IMG/VR virus record: IMGVR_UViG_3300046703_000100
Location: 1-64,000 of that record
Reading direction: 5' to 3' (one strand)
Origin: a virus
Length of the DNA: 64,000 nt
Shown here: positions 28,657-39,263 of the stretch, in pieces
Layout: every line of letters begins with the position of its first letter
How positions within the stretch are numbered: position 1 is the first letter of the stretch
Notes under the pieces: model-generated
Database searches by the model: none
Seen by the model: the letters and a program-made list of their open reading frames with translations, nothing else
What the model was told of the DNA's origin: nothing
Made by a program: the position numbers and the translations under genes

Positions 28657-31600
28657 ATGATGCGAATTAATAACTTATTTTCAGAACATAAAGACCTTTA
28701 CGTATTTTATCGTGATGATTTATGTAATTTAAAGATTACAAAATTCACTGGTTTTTTCCCATATTTCTATGAACCAGACCCTTCTGGAAATTTTGAATCT
28801 TTTAAAGGTGAAAAACTTCGTAAAATAATTATATCAAATCCTTCAGAAATTCGAAAACAAGCAAGTACAAAAGCTTTTGAATCAGATATATTATTTGTAA
28901 AAAGATTTATGATAGATAAAGTAGATGTTATCGAACCTGCTCCTATTAAATACTGTTTCATAGATATTGAAACTCTTTCTCCCGAAATGCCAAATGTACA
29001 AGAAGCCAAATATCCAATTTCTTGTATTTCGATTTATAATTCATTATCTAAAGAAATTAAAACTTTCTATCTACCAGATTATGAATCAGAATACATGATG
29101 TTGGTTGCCTTTACAACATATATGAAAAAAGAAAAGTTTGATATATGGTTTTCATGGAATGTAAAGTTCGACTATAATTATTTATACAATCGCACTCTGT
29201 CGATATTCGATTTAGAAGGAATAAAAAACGCAGACTTGGCAGAATGTATAAGTCCAATAGATAAAAGTAGATATGGAGACGGAGAAGTAAAATATCCGGC
29301 AGGTACTTCGGTTGTAGATTATCTTGAATGGTTTAAAATAATTACATTAAAAAGAGAGAAAATGTATACTCTCGATTATATTGCACAGAAATTTTTAAAA
29401 GTTCCTCCAAAGGAAAAAGTAGATTTTAGTAAATTATCACCAAAATTAAAACAACATAATATTGATGATATAAAACTACTCGTAGGATTGGAAGAACTAA
29501 TGCATTTAGTATCCTATTACGACGAAATTAGACGAATTACACAAGTTGAGTGGGAAGATTTTATATATAATAGTAGAAGTATTGATATGCTTATTTTAAA
29601 AGAAGCTAAACGAAGAAATATAGTATTGCCAAATAGACCTTCTGGAGAAGGAGATGAAGAGATTTTCGAGGGAGCCTTTAGAGAGATATACGAGACTGGT
29701 CGTCTGGAGAACGTTGGTAAGGCAGATTTAGGTTGTTATTCAGAAGATACTGATATTTTAACTATAGAAGGATTTAAAAAATATAACGAATTAAAAATAG
29801 GAGAATCGGTAGCATCTTTTAATACAAAAATCAATAAAATCGAGTTTCAACCTATCCTTCATTTAAATATACAAAATGTAAAAAACCTACCTATGATAAA
29901 TCTGAAAAACTCTTATTCAACAGACCAACTTTTAACTTTAAATCATAAAGTTTTATTTAAAACTTCTTCAAAAAATCATAAAACGATAGAAAATACGACA
30001 AATGATTGGGAAATTTGTTACGCAAAAGATTTTCGAATTTCTCATTCTTTATTACCATTAACCGCTGAAATGAAAGATAAAGAGAATTATCCAATTTCTG
30101 ATGATATAATAAAAATACATGCTTGGATTATAACAGAGGGTTATGCATCAGGTAAAAATAAAGATATTTATCATATTAGTCAGAGCGAATCAATTAATCC
30201 TTTATTTTGTAAAGAAATTGATGAATCTTTCAAAAACCTAAATTGGAATGTAACTCGTTATGCAAGAATACGAAAAAATAATAGAATAGAAGTAGAATGG
30301 AATTTGAAATGGCTTTGGTCTACTTATATCGAGTTAGAAGAAAATTACAAAGCGATTCCTTTATGGATGCTCCAAAAATTATCAAAAAGACAATTAACCG
30401 TTTTATACGATACTTTAATGAAAGGGGATGGAGATAAAAAACGATATTGTTATTATGCTATTGACAAACTTGCTAAAGAAAGATTTCAATATTTATGTGC
30501 ATTACTTGGAAAAGCTTCTTATCAAAATAATAGAAAAGAAGTTTATTGTAAACCTAATAAATTTACAAGTCTTGAATCTGCAAATTTTAAAACTCAACAT
30601 AAAATTATAAATTATTCAGGTGTAGTATGGTGTCCTACAATTGCAAATGGATTTGTTTTAGTAAGAAGAAAAGGAAAGATATTTATTTCAGGAAATTCAG
30701 CCTATCCTTATGCTATTATAGAATTTTGTCTTGACCCTGCAAATGTAGTACAAGATAGCGGAGAAAATATTATACAGGTAGGAGACAATTATTTTAAACA
30801 AGATTCTAAAGCACTTATACCAACTATTATTAAAAAATTACTTGTTTTAAAAGCCACAATTAAAAAAGAATTATCAGAATGTTCAGTAGACGACCCAAAC
30901 CACAAAAATATTAAATTAAAATACGATGCTATAAAATCATTATGTAATACCGCATATGGAGTTACCGCTTTGAAGTTTTTTAGATTGTTTGATGTGCGTG
31001 TTGCATCGGCTACAACCTTCGTTGTACGTTCTTTACTACATTATATTAAAGATAAATTAGATGGTTCTGGACATCCGGTAGTTTATATAGATACAGATGG
31101 TGTATTTTATAAGAACCCTTCGACAGAAATAAATACAAAATTAAACGAATGGATTCAACAATGGGTAAAAGAAACTTTTAAAAAAGAAAGTGTGCAAATT
31201 TCGTTTGATTTTGAAGGTGTATACGAAAGTATTCTTTTATTGGCAAAATGTAGATACGTAGGAAGATTAAGAAAAAATAATGGAGAACTTGAAATAGAAA
31301 CAAAAGGTATTGAAGCAAAAAGAAAAGATTCTACCAAATATATGAGCAATTTTCAAAAGATATTAATAGATAAGATTTTAGACAACGAACCTAAAGAAAA
31401 AATATATGATTGGATAAAAGAAGAAATTAAAAATTTCCCAAAACAAAATATTATAGATATATCATTTCCTTGTAAAATGGCAAAATCAAAAATAGAATAT
31501 AAGTCAGTTCCCATCTTCTCCAGAGCTTTAGATAATACTCCGGAATTTAAGACAAGGGTAGGAGATAATTTCTACTATATTTATATGGAAGGTCTGGATG

Positions 31601-32145
31601 AAACAAAAAAAGATAAGGTTCTTGCTTTTGATGAATATAGATATGAACATATAAACAGAGAAGAAGTCGATTGGCAGAGGATGTTGGAAAGAAACATAGT
31701 TGCAAAAATAGACGTAATCTTTACAGCTCTAAAATGGAACTTAACGGACATTTACGTAGCTCCGCCGACTTCAAAGATATGTGATAAATGCCTAAAAGAC
31801 AAGTCGTTTTGTCGATTCCCATTAACCGGAAATACCTGCAAGGCGTGTATTACTCTCATAGAGAAGGCAAATAAGCCAAAGAGGGTCAAAAAGACCATAG
31901 AATCCTCTATTAGCGACACCCTGCCGAGCGATAAGGCGGATAAGGTAGGTCAGGATACCCCCGATTTGACAGGAAATACCCCTATTTTAACACAAAGTAC
32001 TGATAATAAAGGGGTTAAGATGGACAAAATCGATGACAAAGACCTCGTTACAGGCACTCCGGTCAAGTCCTTAAAAAAGAGGGGTAGACCACGAAAAATC
32101 AAGAAACCAGAAGACCTTAATTATGGGAAAGTAAAAAATGCATAG
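28657..32145 (+). CDS. Family B DNA polymerase with intein and extended C-terminal tail
   Basis: ExoI DIET, ExoII WNVKFDY, motif A DLG[intein]SAYP, motif B KSLCNTAYG, motif C YIDTDG, KGIE. Confidence 0.93.
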   Translation: MMRINNLFSEHKDLYVFYRDDLCNLKITKFTGFFPYFYEPDPSGNFESFKGEKLRKIIISNPSEIRKQASTKAFESDILFVKRFMIDKVDVIEPAPIKYCFIDIETLSPEMPNVQEAKYPISCISIYNSLSKEIKTFYLPDYESEYMMLVAFTTYMKKEKFDIWFSWNVKFDYNYLYNRTLSIFDLEGIKNADLAECISPIDKSRYGDGEVKYPAGTSVVDYLEWFKIITLKREKMYTLDYIAQKFLKVPPKEKVDFSKLSPKLKQHNIDDIKLLVGLEELMHLVSYYDEIRRITQVEWEDFIYNSRSIDMLILKEAKRRNIVLPNRPSGEGDEEIFEGAFREIYETGRLENVGKADLGCYSEDTDILTIEGFKKYNELKIGESVASFNTKINKIEFQPILHLNIQNVKNLPMINLKNSYSTDQLLTLNHKVLFKTSSKNHKTIENTTNDWEICYAKDFRISHSLLPLTAEMKDKENYPISDDIIKIHAWIITEGYASGKNKDIYHISQSESINPLFCKEIDESFKNLNWNVTRYARIRKNNRIEVEWNLKWLWSTYIELEENYKAIPLWMLQKLSKRQLTVLYDTLMKGDGDKKRYCYYAIDKLAKERFQYLCALLGKASYQNNRKEVYCKPNKFTSLESANFKTQHKIINYSGVVWCPTIANGFVLVRRKGKIFISGNSAYPYAIIEFCLDPANVVQDSGENIIQVGDNYFKQDSKALIPTIIKKLLVLKATIKKELSECSVDDPNHKNIKLKYDAIKSLCNTAYGVTALKFFRLFDVRVASATTFVVRSLLHYIKDKLDGSGHPVVYIDTDGVFYKNPSTEINTKLNEWIQQWVKETFKKESVQISFDFEGVYESILLLAKCRYVGRLRKNNGELEIETKGIEAKRKDSTKYMSNFQKILIDKILDNEPKEKIYDWIKEEIKNFPKQNIIDISFPCKMAKSKIEYKSVPIFSRALDNTPEFKTRVGDNFYYIYMEGLDETKKDKVLAFDEYRYEHINREEVDWQRMLERNIVAKIDVIFTALKWNLTDIYVAPPTSKICDKCLKDKSFCRFPLTGNTCKACITLIEKANKPKRVKKTIESSISDTLPSDKADKVGQDTPDLTGNTPILTQSTDNKGVKMDKIDDKDLVTGTPVKSLKKRGRPRKIKKPEDLNYGKVKNA
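29734..30696 (+). mobile_element. Intein with LAGLIDADG-like domain (321 aa)
   Basis: Starts CYSEDTDILT, TLNH, AWIITEG and LMKGDG, ends VWCPT...ISGN followed by Ser +1. Confidence 0.9.
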
Positions 32146-32632
32146 CGGAGATATAGAAATAGCATTAGCAAATCATTTAGGTACTAATTGTAATTTAATA
32201 GTTCCTAATATTTCTTATGGATTGGGTTTTCATTATGAATTAGATTTATTAGTAGTAACAAAAAGCGGATATGCGGATGAGATAGAAATTAAGATTTCTA
32301 AATCTGATTTAAAAGCAGATGCGAAGAAAGAACATGGTCATCACAGTGAGAAGATTAAAAGATTATATTTTGCAGTACCAAAATTTATGGAAGAATATGC
32401 TTTAAAGAATATTCCTAAAAGAGCAGGGTTGTTTATAATAAATGAAAAGAACGGTTTTATATATGTTACTTGTGTAAAAGTAGCAGACCGAAACAAAACA
32501 GCAAGAAAGTTAAACGAAAAAGAAATTAATCATCTTTATGAACTTGTGGCTTTAAGAATGTGGTCGTTAAAACGAGCATTATATAGTTTACAAAGAAGAA
32601 ATAAGTCCGAGAACGAAGCAGTAAAATTCTAA
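32138..32632 (+). CDS. PD-(D/E)XK nuclease (MmcB-like)
   Basis: ELDLL...EIEIKISKSDLKAD..K, LYFAVP, AGLF. Confidence 0.7.
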   Translation: MHSGDIEIALANHLGTNCNLIVPNISYGLGFHYELDLLVVTKSGYADEIEIKISKSDLKADAKKEHGHHSEKIKRLYFAVPKFMEEYALKNIPKRAGLFIINEKNGFIYVTCVKVADRNKTARKLNEKEINHLYELVALRMWSLKRALYSLQRRNKSENEAVKF

Positions 32633-32650
32633 AGAAAGGAGGATTATACC

Positions 32651-32872
32651 ATGATAAGGTCTGAACATGCGAAGGATGATTTCACAGTTCTGGAGACCAA
32701 AATTAAGGAAGGCAAGGTTGAAATAGCCGATGTAGCGAAGGTTGTTTTGACGCTCGGTAAGCTCCTTCTTTCTATTAGGTCAAATCAGATAGCTTCAATG
32801 AAAGCGTCTGGTGTAGAATTACAGAAGCCGAGAGTTACAACCGATGCGAAAGCACCGGAGAAAAAGGCGTAA
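32651..32872 (+). CDS. Small, probably highly expressed protein
   Basis: Strong SD AAGGAGG, higher GC at third codon positions, followed by a hairpin. Confidence 0.65.
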   Translation: MIRSEHAKDDFTVLETKIKEGKVEIADVAKVVLTLGKLLLSIRSNQIASMKASGVELQKPRVTTDAKAPEKKA

Positions 32873-32901
32873 GAAATTACATCAATCAGTGTAATAAAAA
32901 A

Positions 32902-32932
32902 GAGAGGGGTATATCCCCTCTCCCAAGTTTTT
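32902..32932 (+). terminator. Intrinsic terminator-like hairpin, possibly bidirectional
   Basis: GAGAGGGG-tatat-CCCCTCTC, A-run before and T-run shortly after. Confidence 0.7.
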
Positions 32933-32971
32933 TAAAGACATGTTAAGTAGGAAAAAGTAAGCACAAAATAC

Positions 32972-33000
32972 TTGTAATCTATAATCAAATATGTTATACT
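32972..33000 (+). promoter_or_regulatory. Sigma70-type promoter P5
   Basis: TTGTAA, 17 nt, TATACT with extended -10 TG; spacer nearly identical to P4. Confidence 0.75.
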
Positions 33001-33027
33001 TATAGTGTAGATAGAAAGAGAGATAAA

Positions 33028-33306
33028 ATGAAGAAGAATAAAGGCAGAAAATTTGAAGAGGAATGTCAGAAGACAATTAATAGTGGTGCTTTTTTTAAAG
33101 ACCACGATTTATCTACTGACCAATATTGTGTGGAATGTAAGTTTACCGAAAAAAAAGGATTTAAAATTACCACCGCAATTTTAGATAAATTATGGGAAGA
33201 TGCTTTTTCAGCAAATAAATTACCATTACTTTTGGTAGGAATTAAAGATAGAAATATACAATATAATTTACGAATAACAATTAACAAGGAGATAAAAAAT
33301 GGGTAA
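33028..33306 (+). CDS. Small PD-(D/E)XK nuclease (Hjc-like resolvase)
   Basis: GRKFEE, NSGA, D, VECK. Confidence 0.65.
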   Translation: MKKNKGRKFEEECQKTINSGAFFKDHDLSTDQYCVECKFTEKKGFKITTAILDKLWEDAFSANKLPLLLVGIKDRNIQYNLRITINKEIKNG

Positions 33307-34441
33307 AATACATTGGAATGGAGATAAAGTACAATTATTGCTTAATTATTTAAATCAAAGTTTAAAAGTAAGCGATATTGCTATAAAAATGAATGAAACA
33401 GATGATAGTATAGACCATGCTATTCGACGTTATCATCTTCGTAAAAATATTACAAATAATTCTGAAGAAAATGTATCTCCTACTTGTAAAATTAAGAAAA
33501 CTGATATAGATGAACTTTCTCGACAACTTGGTGAAAAAATGTATGAAGGTTATAAATCTTTAAAATTAATAGAACCAAAAGTATACGAAAGTAAAGGAAA
33601 GAGAGAAGAAGTATCTATATTAACATTAAGTGATTGTCATATAGGCACATATAACACTGTTTTTGATAAAAATTCAGGACAAAAATTAGTTACTTATAAC
33701 GAAAAAATTTTTGAACAAGAATTACAAACACTTCAAGATTCTATTATAGAAATTCATAATATATTAAGTCATTCTTATTCGTTAAAGAAATTGGTGATTT
33801 TTGTATTGGGAGATATTCTTACAAATGATAGAATATTTGAAGGACAACAATGGGAAATTGAAAAGACCGTAGGACTTCAATTATGGGATGGAGTAAATTA
33901 TTTTACGAAGTTTTTTAATAATCTTTTAAAAGTTTATGATACAATCGAAGTGGTCGGAGTAGTCGGAAATCATGGTAGAAGTCAACCACTTAAAGATTCA
34001 GACGATGAACCAGTTGAATCAAATTTCGAATATCATCTTTATCGTATTTGGCAAAAACAATTTGAAAACAGTAAAAGAATAAAAGTTATTGTTCCAAATA
34101 CTCGTAGATATATTTATAATGTAAATGGTTGGAATCATATGATTGAACACGGAGATGCTATTAAAGGTATGTCAGAACAAGCACAAATAAAACAGATTAA
34201 AGACCTATATGTAAATACAGGAGTATTTGATGTATTTCAGATGGGTCATGTGCATAGCATTAAAGAAATAGAAGTATCTGATAAAATAATCGCAAAAATA
34301 AATGGAGCATGGATAGAAAAAGATAATTACGCTTATCGTAAATTTAAGACATATTCTATTCCGAAACAATGGTTTTTTGGATGTTCAAAATCTCGACCTG
34401 AAACATGGTCGTATAAGTTGGATTTAAGGAAAACAAAATAA
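33299..34441 (+). CDS. Metallophosphoesterase with N-terminal HTH
   Basis: LSDCHIG, LGD, GNHGR, HGD, MGHVH. Confidence 0.85.
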   Translation: MGKIHWNGDKVQLLLNYLNQSLKVSDIAIKMNETDDSIDHAIRRYHLRKNITNNSEENVSPTCKIKKTDIDELSRQLGEKMYEGYKSLKLIEPKVYESKGKREEVSILTLSDCHIGTYNTVFDKNSGQKLVTYNEKIFEQELQTLQDSIIEIHNILSHSYSLKKLVIFVLGDILTNDRIFEGQQWEIEKTVGLQLWDGVNYFTKFFNNLLKVYDTIEVVGVVGNHGRSQPLKDSDDEPVESNFEYHLYRIWQKQFENSKRIKVIVPNTRRYIYNVNGWNHMIEHGDAIKGMSEQAQIKQIKDLYVNTGVFDVFQMGHVHSIKEIEVSDKIIAKINGAWIEKDNYAYRKFKTYSIPKQWFFGCSKSRPETWSYKLDLRKTK

Positions 34442-34574
34442 TGATACCAGATTACATTTATATTCTTTGTATTTATTGTCATAGTAAAATTTTACAAATC
34501 TCTAAAGAATTAGAAGGTATTGTTTGTGATTGTGGAAACCATATAAAAAATCCATATTATAAGGAGGAAAATAT

Positions 34575-34856
34575 ATGAAAGGTGTGAGATTCGAAAAAGT
34601 TGATGACAATACTCTTAGAGTTATAATAGAAAAACCAGATGATGTACAAATTGAGAAGTTAATAGAAAATAGAGCAAAAGTATTAGAAAGTATAGAAGCA
34701 GAACAGAAAAGTCTTGATACTCATGAAGCAGAAACACAACAAAGAGCAAGTATAGAAGCACAGAAAAAAATAATAGCAAACATCGACGAAATGCTTAAAT
34801 ATTGTAAGCTCAATGGTATTGTTCCTAAACCTAATGAAATCGCAAAGAAAGAATAA
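34575..34856 (+). CDS. Hypothetical coiled-coil protein
   Basis: SD AAGGAGG. Confidence 0.6.
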   Translation: MKGVRFEKVDDNTLRVIIEKPDDVQIEKLIENRAKVLESIEAEQKSLDTHEAETQQRASIEAQKKIIANIDEMLKYCKLNGIVPKPNEIAKKE

Positions 34857-35694
34857 TATGAATTTCTGGAAGTATGTTTGGGTATCTATAGATGCAAGTA
34901 ATCCTATTGATAGATTTTGGACTTTTATTGGTGGATTATTTGGTATGGGATTGATGATTTTAGCAATATTGAATTTATTTGGAGGATTTGGTTATATTTT
35001 AGGAATGTTAATAGGAGTAATTAAATGATAACTTTAATACTTAGTCTTAGTATATTATTTACATTGTTTATTGCTTATATGCTTATTAAAAAAGGATATT
35101 TAAAATGATATGGAAATTAAGAAAAGATGATGTTTTGAAATTAACAGGAGAAATCTGTCATTATAAAGTTACAGATATGTATGGATGTCATATAATTTTA
35201 GAAAATTGTTTAACCCATGAAAAGAAAGATATTTTTAATTCAGAACTTATCGATGGTACAGTAATAAGGTGAAAAGACTAATGAGCAGATATTATGAAGA
35301 CCATTCTGACCAATTATCAGAAAAATTTAAAGACCAATATGATTGCGATAAAGGCGATTTTGTATTTTTTGCTGTAATTGCAATTATTATTTTAATATTA
35401 TTTATTATAGGATAAATTTATGATATGTGAATTATGTAAAATAAAAGAAGCTACTATTCATTTGAAAAGTACGAGAGATTTACTTGATATATGCAATTCT
35501 TGTTTGGAAGACCTTCAGACAAGTCTTGGTTATTATATTGCAGGAGAGGAAGTCGTTAAAGAAGAATATGACCAAAGAACCCAAAATACATAAATGCAGA
35601 AAATGTAAAATGTTAGTATGTTGGCTTTGTGATTATTGTAAAAATATACAATGTTCTGAATGTTATTGCTTTGACTCTGAGAAAGAGAAATACG

Positions 35695-36576
35695 ATGTCT
35701 AAAACTTTAATTATAGGCGATTTACATATAAATGAAAGAGCAATAGAGGAAATAGAAACTATCTTTGACAAAGATATTTGTCCTATTGATGCAGACCGAT
35801 TAATACAATTGGGAGATTATTATGATTCTAATTTTCCAAGTGCTTTAGAATTAAAATTCGGTACAAACTTGGCAAAACGATTGTCTTCAAAATACAGAGA
35901 AGTTATTATTCTTTCTGGTACAGGAACACACGACCTATGCAGAGGATATTCGGTAATAGAATATTTACAGGAAGTAAAAGGTGTACATGCTAATAAAGGC
36001 GATTTTATAGAAGGTGTAGACTTATTTTGCGGTCATTTTATGTTGTACGAGTCCGCACTTGCTTTTGGGTCAGCAAACATGGGGATTGGTGATTTGTCGA
36101 AGTATGACAAAGTTTTTCTCGGACACCAACATTCGCCCCAAACGCTTGTAAAAAATAATATATATCATCTTGGTTCAGTAAGATATTGCAGTTTTAATGA
36201 AGTAAATGATAAGAAACACGTCGTCCTTCTGGAAGATAGTAAGATGTCATTTATAGCATTAAAACACTGTATTCCTATGTTAGATGTATCAGATGTGAGC
36301 CAATTGGAACAAATAGATGCCAGAACAAAGGTCAGAGTTATATTTAATTCTTTTGAAGATTATAAGAAGAACGCTTCTTATGTTAATAAATTAGGTAAGA
36401 AGTTTTTTCAGTTTAAACTGAAATTAAATTTTGAAGAATCTAAAATAATAATCAATCAATCTAATAAATTAGACACAAATATAAATAAAAGTAACATTAT
36501 AAAAGATTATATAACAAAGATAGAAGATAAAGATGTCAGGCAAATGCTCGAACAACAATTTAAGGAGAACATATAA
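35695..36576 (+). CDS. sbcD: SbcD/Mre11-like nuclease
   Basis: IIGDLH, LGD, GTHD, LGHQH, LGS; upstream of the SbcC-like gene. Confidence 0.8.
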   Translation: MSKTLIIGDLHINERAIEEIETIFDKDICPIDADRLIQLGDYYDSNFPSALELKFGTNLAKRLSSKYREVIILSGTGTHDLCRGYSVIEYLQEVKGVHANKGDFIEGVDLFCGHFMLYESALAFGSANMGIGDLSKYDKVFLGHQHSPQTLVKNNIYHLGSVRYCSFNEVNDKKHVVLLEDSKMSFIALKHCIPMLDVSDVSQLEQIDARTKVRVIFNSFEDYKKNASYVNKLGKKFFQFKLKLNFEESKIIINQSNKLDTNINKSNIIKDYITKIEDKDVRQMLEQQFKENI

Positions 36577-37164
36577 TGTATTGTTATTGTGGAAAAGAAA
36601 TAAAATCTATTACAAGTAATACAGTTGTTTGGCAAAGATGTGCTTACAATGATAAAGGTAAAATAATATATGCTATTTGTATGCATGGTATAGTTTGTAT
36701 TGATGAAAATAATGACATCCTAAATAAAATTGATATTTTAGAAGATTTAAAAATCTCTGTGCAAAATGAAATAGTAGGATATGAACCTTGTGACAGAGAG
36801 AAGGATAGAATTGATGCTTTAGAAAAAGCTATTGAAATATTAAAAGAGGAGATAAAACAATGACACTTGAATCTAAGATACGAAAAATATTAAAAGAAGG
36901 TTTAGTATCTCCAGTATTAAAACTTAAAGAAACACATCCTGACCATTATTTTACAGAAAAAGGATACGAAACTTTATTATCTAATACTATAGAAGAGATT
37001 ATGACATTATTAAGAAGGGGAGACTATGAATAACGATATTTATACATTTGGTAAATGCGAAGAATGTGGAGAAGATAAACCATTAAAAAATGATTTATGT
37101 AATAATTGTAATAATAAGAATTTTCCAGATATATTAAAAGATTTATTTAGAAAAAAGGACGACC

Positions 37165-38880
37165 ATGATTCTTAAAAAGATTTCACTCAAGAATTTTAAA
37201 TGCTTCGAAGATTGTTCTGTAGAATTTTCTAAAATTAATCTTATACAAGGAGCAATAGGTATTGGCAAATCTACTATTTTACAGGCACTAATCTTTGCTC
37301 TTTATGGTTATAGCGAAAGTACTCTCGCAGACCTGCCTACACGTGGAAAAGCAATTTCTTGTAAGATAACAGCGATTATAGAAGATTCAGGACATATTAT
37401 TGAGATATGTAGAGAATATCCTCTTAAATTGATAATCAAAGAGGACAGTAAGACTCTTAAAATGTCTACATCAGAAGGTAACTCTTATTTAATAGATAGA
37501 TTTGGTAGTAGACAGGATTTTTTCCAGTTTCGCATTGTTGATGCATATTCAAAGGAAACTAATTTACTCGAACAAGGTAATGTAGTATTTAAGAAGATTC
37601 TTTTTGCCGGAACGGATGAAAAATTTAATGAAGTTCGAAATAATCTTAATATAATCAAATTAGAACGAGAAAAACTTAATAAAGATTCTGTGGTTATTTA
37701 TAAACATCATCCTTCTGAAAAAAGATTAGAAATATTGAAAAAAGGATATAAAGAAATTAACGAACTTGTTATAAGTCATGAAAATACTGTAGGAGAATTA
37801 CAAAATAGTATAAATAAGAAAACTTCAAATTTTTCTAAAAACGAAAGTAGACAAGAATCTAATAAACAAACTATAGAACGACTTCAAAAACAAGTTAATA
37901 ATATAGATACAATCAAATCTTCTTATGACAGTAAATTATATCAATCAGAATCAAGACATACTGAAATACAAAGAACCGTTGGAGATTTAAATAAACAATT
38001 TATGGAAGTTATTAAAAATACTGAAACTATTAAAAAAGATAAAAAATGTTATGTGTGTCAACAATCTATATTAGATACTTCAAATATTGTTATAGAACAA
38101 AAATTAAAAGAAGAAAAACTTCAAAAACAATTTGAAAATATAAAAAACGAAGATATTGAACTTTGTAGTCAGATACCTATTTTAAAGGAAAATATTTTAG
38201 AAGAAAGAAAAAAGAAAATAGAAGAATATAAAATAGAAATAGAGGGATTAAATCAAGAGATTATATCTTTGTCAGAAGAAAATTCTAATATTAAAACTGA
38301 AATAGATATGGACAAAGAAATTATAACACAGTATCTTAATGATAGAGATAATTATAGGAAAGAAAAAGAAAGTATTCAATCATTGGTTATTAAATTAGAA
38401 GGACGATTGCAACAAAAAGAGTATATTTATACAGAACAAGATGTCATTATCGTTAAAAAAGCTTTAACCGAACTCGACAATCTTTCAAGTATTTATTTAT
38501 GTGAAACAGTAAGAAGTTTAGAACCAATTATAAATTCAGTCTTGGAAAAGATAGGTTTCCAAATTACTTTTGACGTGGACATTAAAGGCAAATTTAATAT
38601 TCTTTTAAGTAAAGATGATATACAATATAAATATACCGATTTAAGTTGTGGTCAACGCCTTATTTTACAAATAGCATTAAAACTATCGTTGCTCCTTCAA
38701 CAGAGCAAAACAGGTATAATTTTGAGCGATGAAGGGTTGAGTGCCCTTGAGAATAACAACCTTGAGGATATTATCAATCTATTTAAAGAATTAAATTTTC
38801 AATTAGTCTTCGTCTTGCACAGAGCAAGTATAGAAGACCCCGAAATTAATGTAATTAAATTAGGAGGAAATGATGAGTAA
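37165..38880 (+). CDS. sbcC: SbcC/Rad50-like ABC ATPase
   Basis: LKNFK, Walker A GAIGIGKS, coiled coil with CYVC hook, LSCGQ signature, ILSDE, VLH. Confidence 0.88.
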   Translation: MILKKISLKNFKCFEDCSVEFSKINLIQGAIGIGKSTILQALIFALYGYSESTLADLPTRGKAISCKITAIIEDSGHIIEICREYPLKLIIKEDSKTLKMSTSEGNSYLIDRFGSRQDFFQFRIVDAYSKETNLLEQGNVVFKKILFAGTDEKFNEVRNNLNIIKLEREKLNKDSVVIYKHHPSEKRLEILKKGYKEINELVISHENTVGELQNSINKKTSNFSKNESRQESNKQTIERLQKQVNNIDTIKSSYDSKLYQSESRHTEIQRTVGDLNKQFMEVIKNTETIKKDKKCYVCQQSILDTSNIVIEQKLKEEKLQKQFENIKNEDIELCSQIPILKENILEERKKKIEEYKIEIEGLNQEIISLSEENSNIKTEIDMDKEIITQYLNDRDNYRKEKESIQSLVIKLEGRLQQKEYIYTEQDVIIVKKALTELDNLSSIYLCETVRSLEPIINSVLEKIGFQITFDVDIKGKFNILLSKDDIQYKYTDLSCGQRLILQIALKLSLLLQQSKTGIILSDEGLSALENNNLEDIINLFKELNFQLVFVLHRASIEDPEINVIKLGGNDE

Positions 38881-39262
38881 ATGTAAGCAGTGTAAAAAGA
38901 ATAAAAACATTCTCTGGTTTTTTGATGAGATATATCGACAAGAATTCATGGTTATATTCGCTCCTAATCATCGAAAATTTGCAGAACTTCTTAAAAAAGA
39001 AACTGGATTTGTTGTAGAACCTTGTGAAGAAGAATGTGTTGCTGGACAATTTAATGAATTAAAAAGTAAACATGGAGATTTAGCAGTAATTTGGGCAAGC
39101 GATAAAAACTTGGTATTAATGCATGAGACCTTCCATGCTTGTTCCTGCATTTTACAACAAAGAGATATTTGGCTTAATCCTGAAACAGAAGAAAGTTATT
39201 CATATTATTATTGTTATATAATGCGTAGTATACAAGAACGACTTAGAGAGGGAGGAAAATAA
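38870..39262 (+). CDS. Putative minimal zincin metallopeptidase
   Basis: LMHETFHA (HExxH) and downstream EE. Confidence 0.5.
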   Translation: MMSKCKQCKKNKNILWFFDEIYRQEFMVIFAPNHRKFAELLKKETGFVVEPCEEECVAGQFNELKSKHGDLAVIWASDKNLVLMHETFHACSCILQQRDIWLNPETEESYSYYYCYIMRSIQERLREGGK

Positions 39263-39263
39263 C

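Noticed and set aside
31966-31995. Internal promoter in the polymerase tail (TTGACA)
   Set aside because: No acceptable -10 at 17 nt and it lacks the spacer consensus of the other promoters
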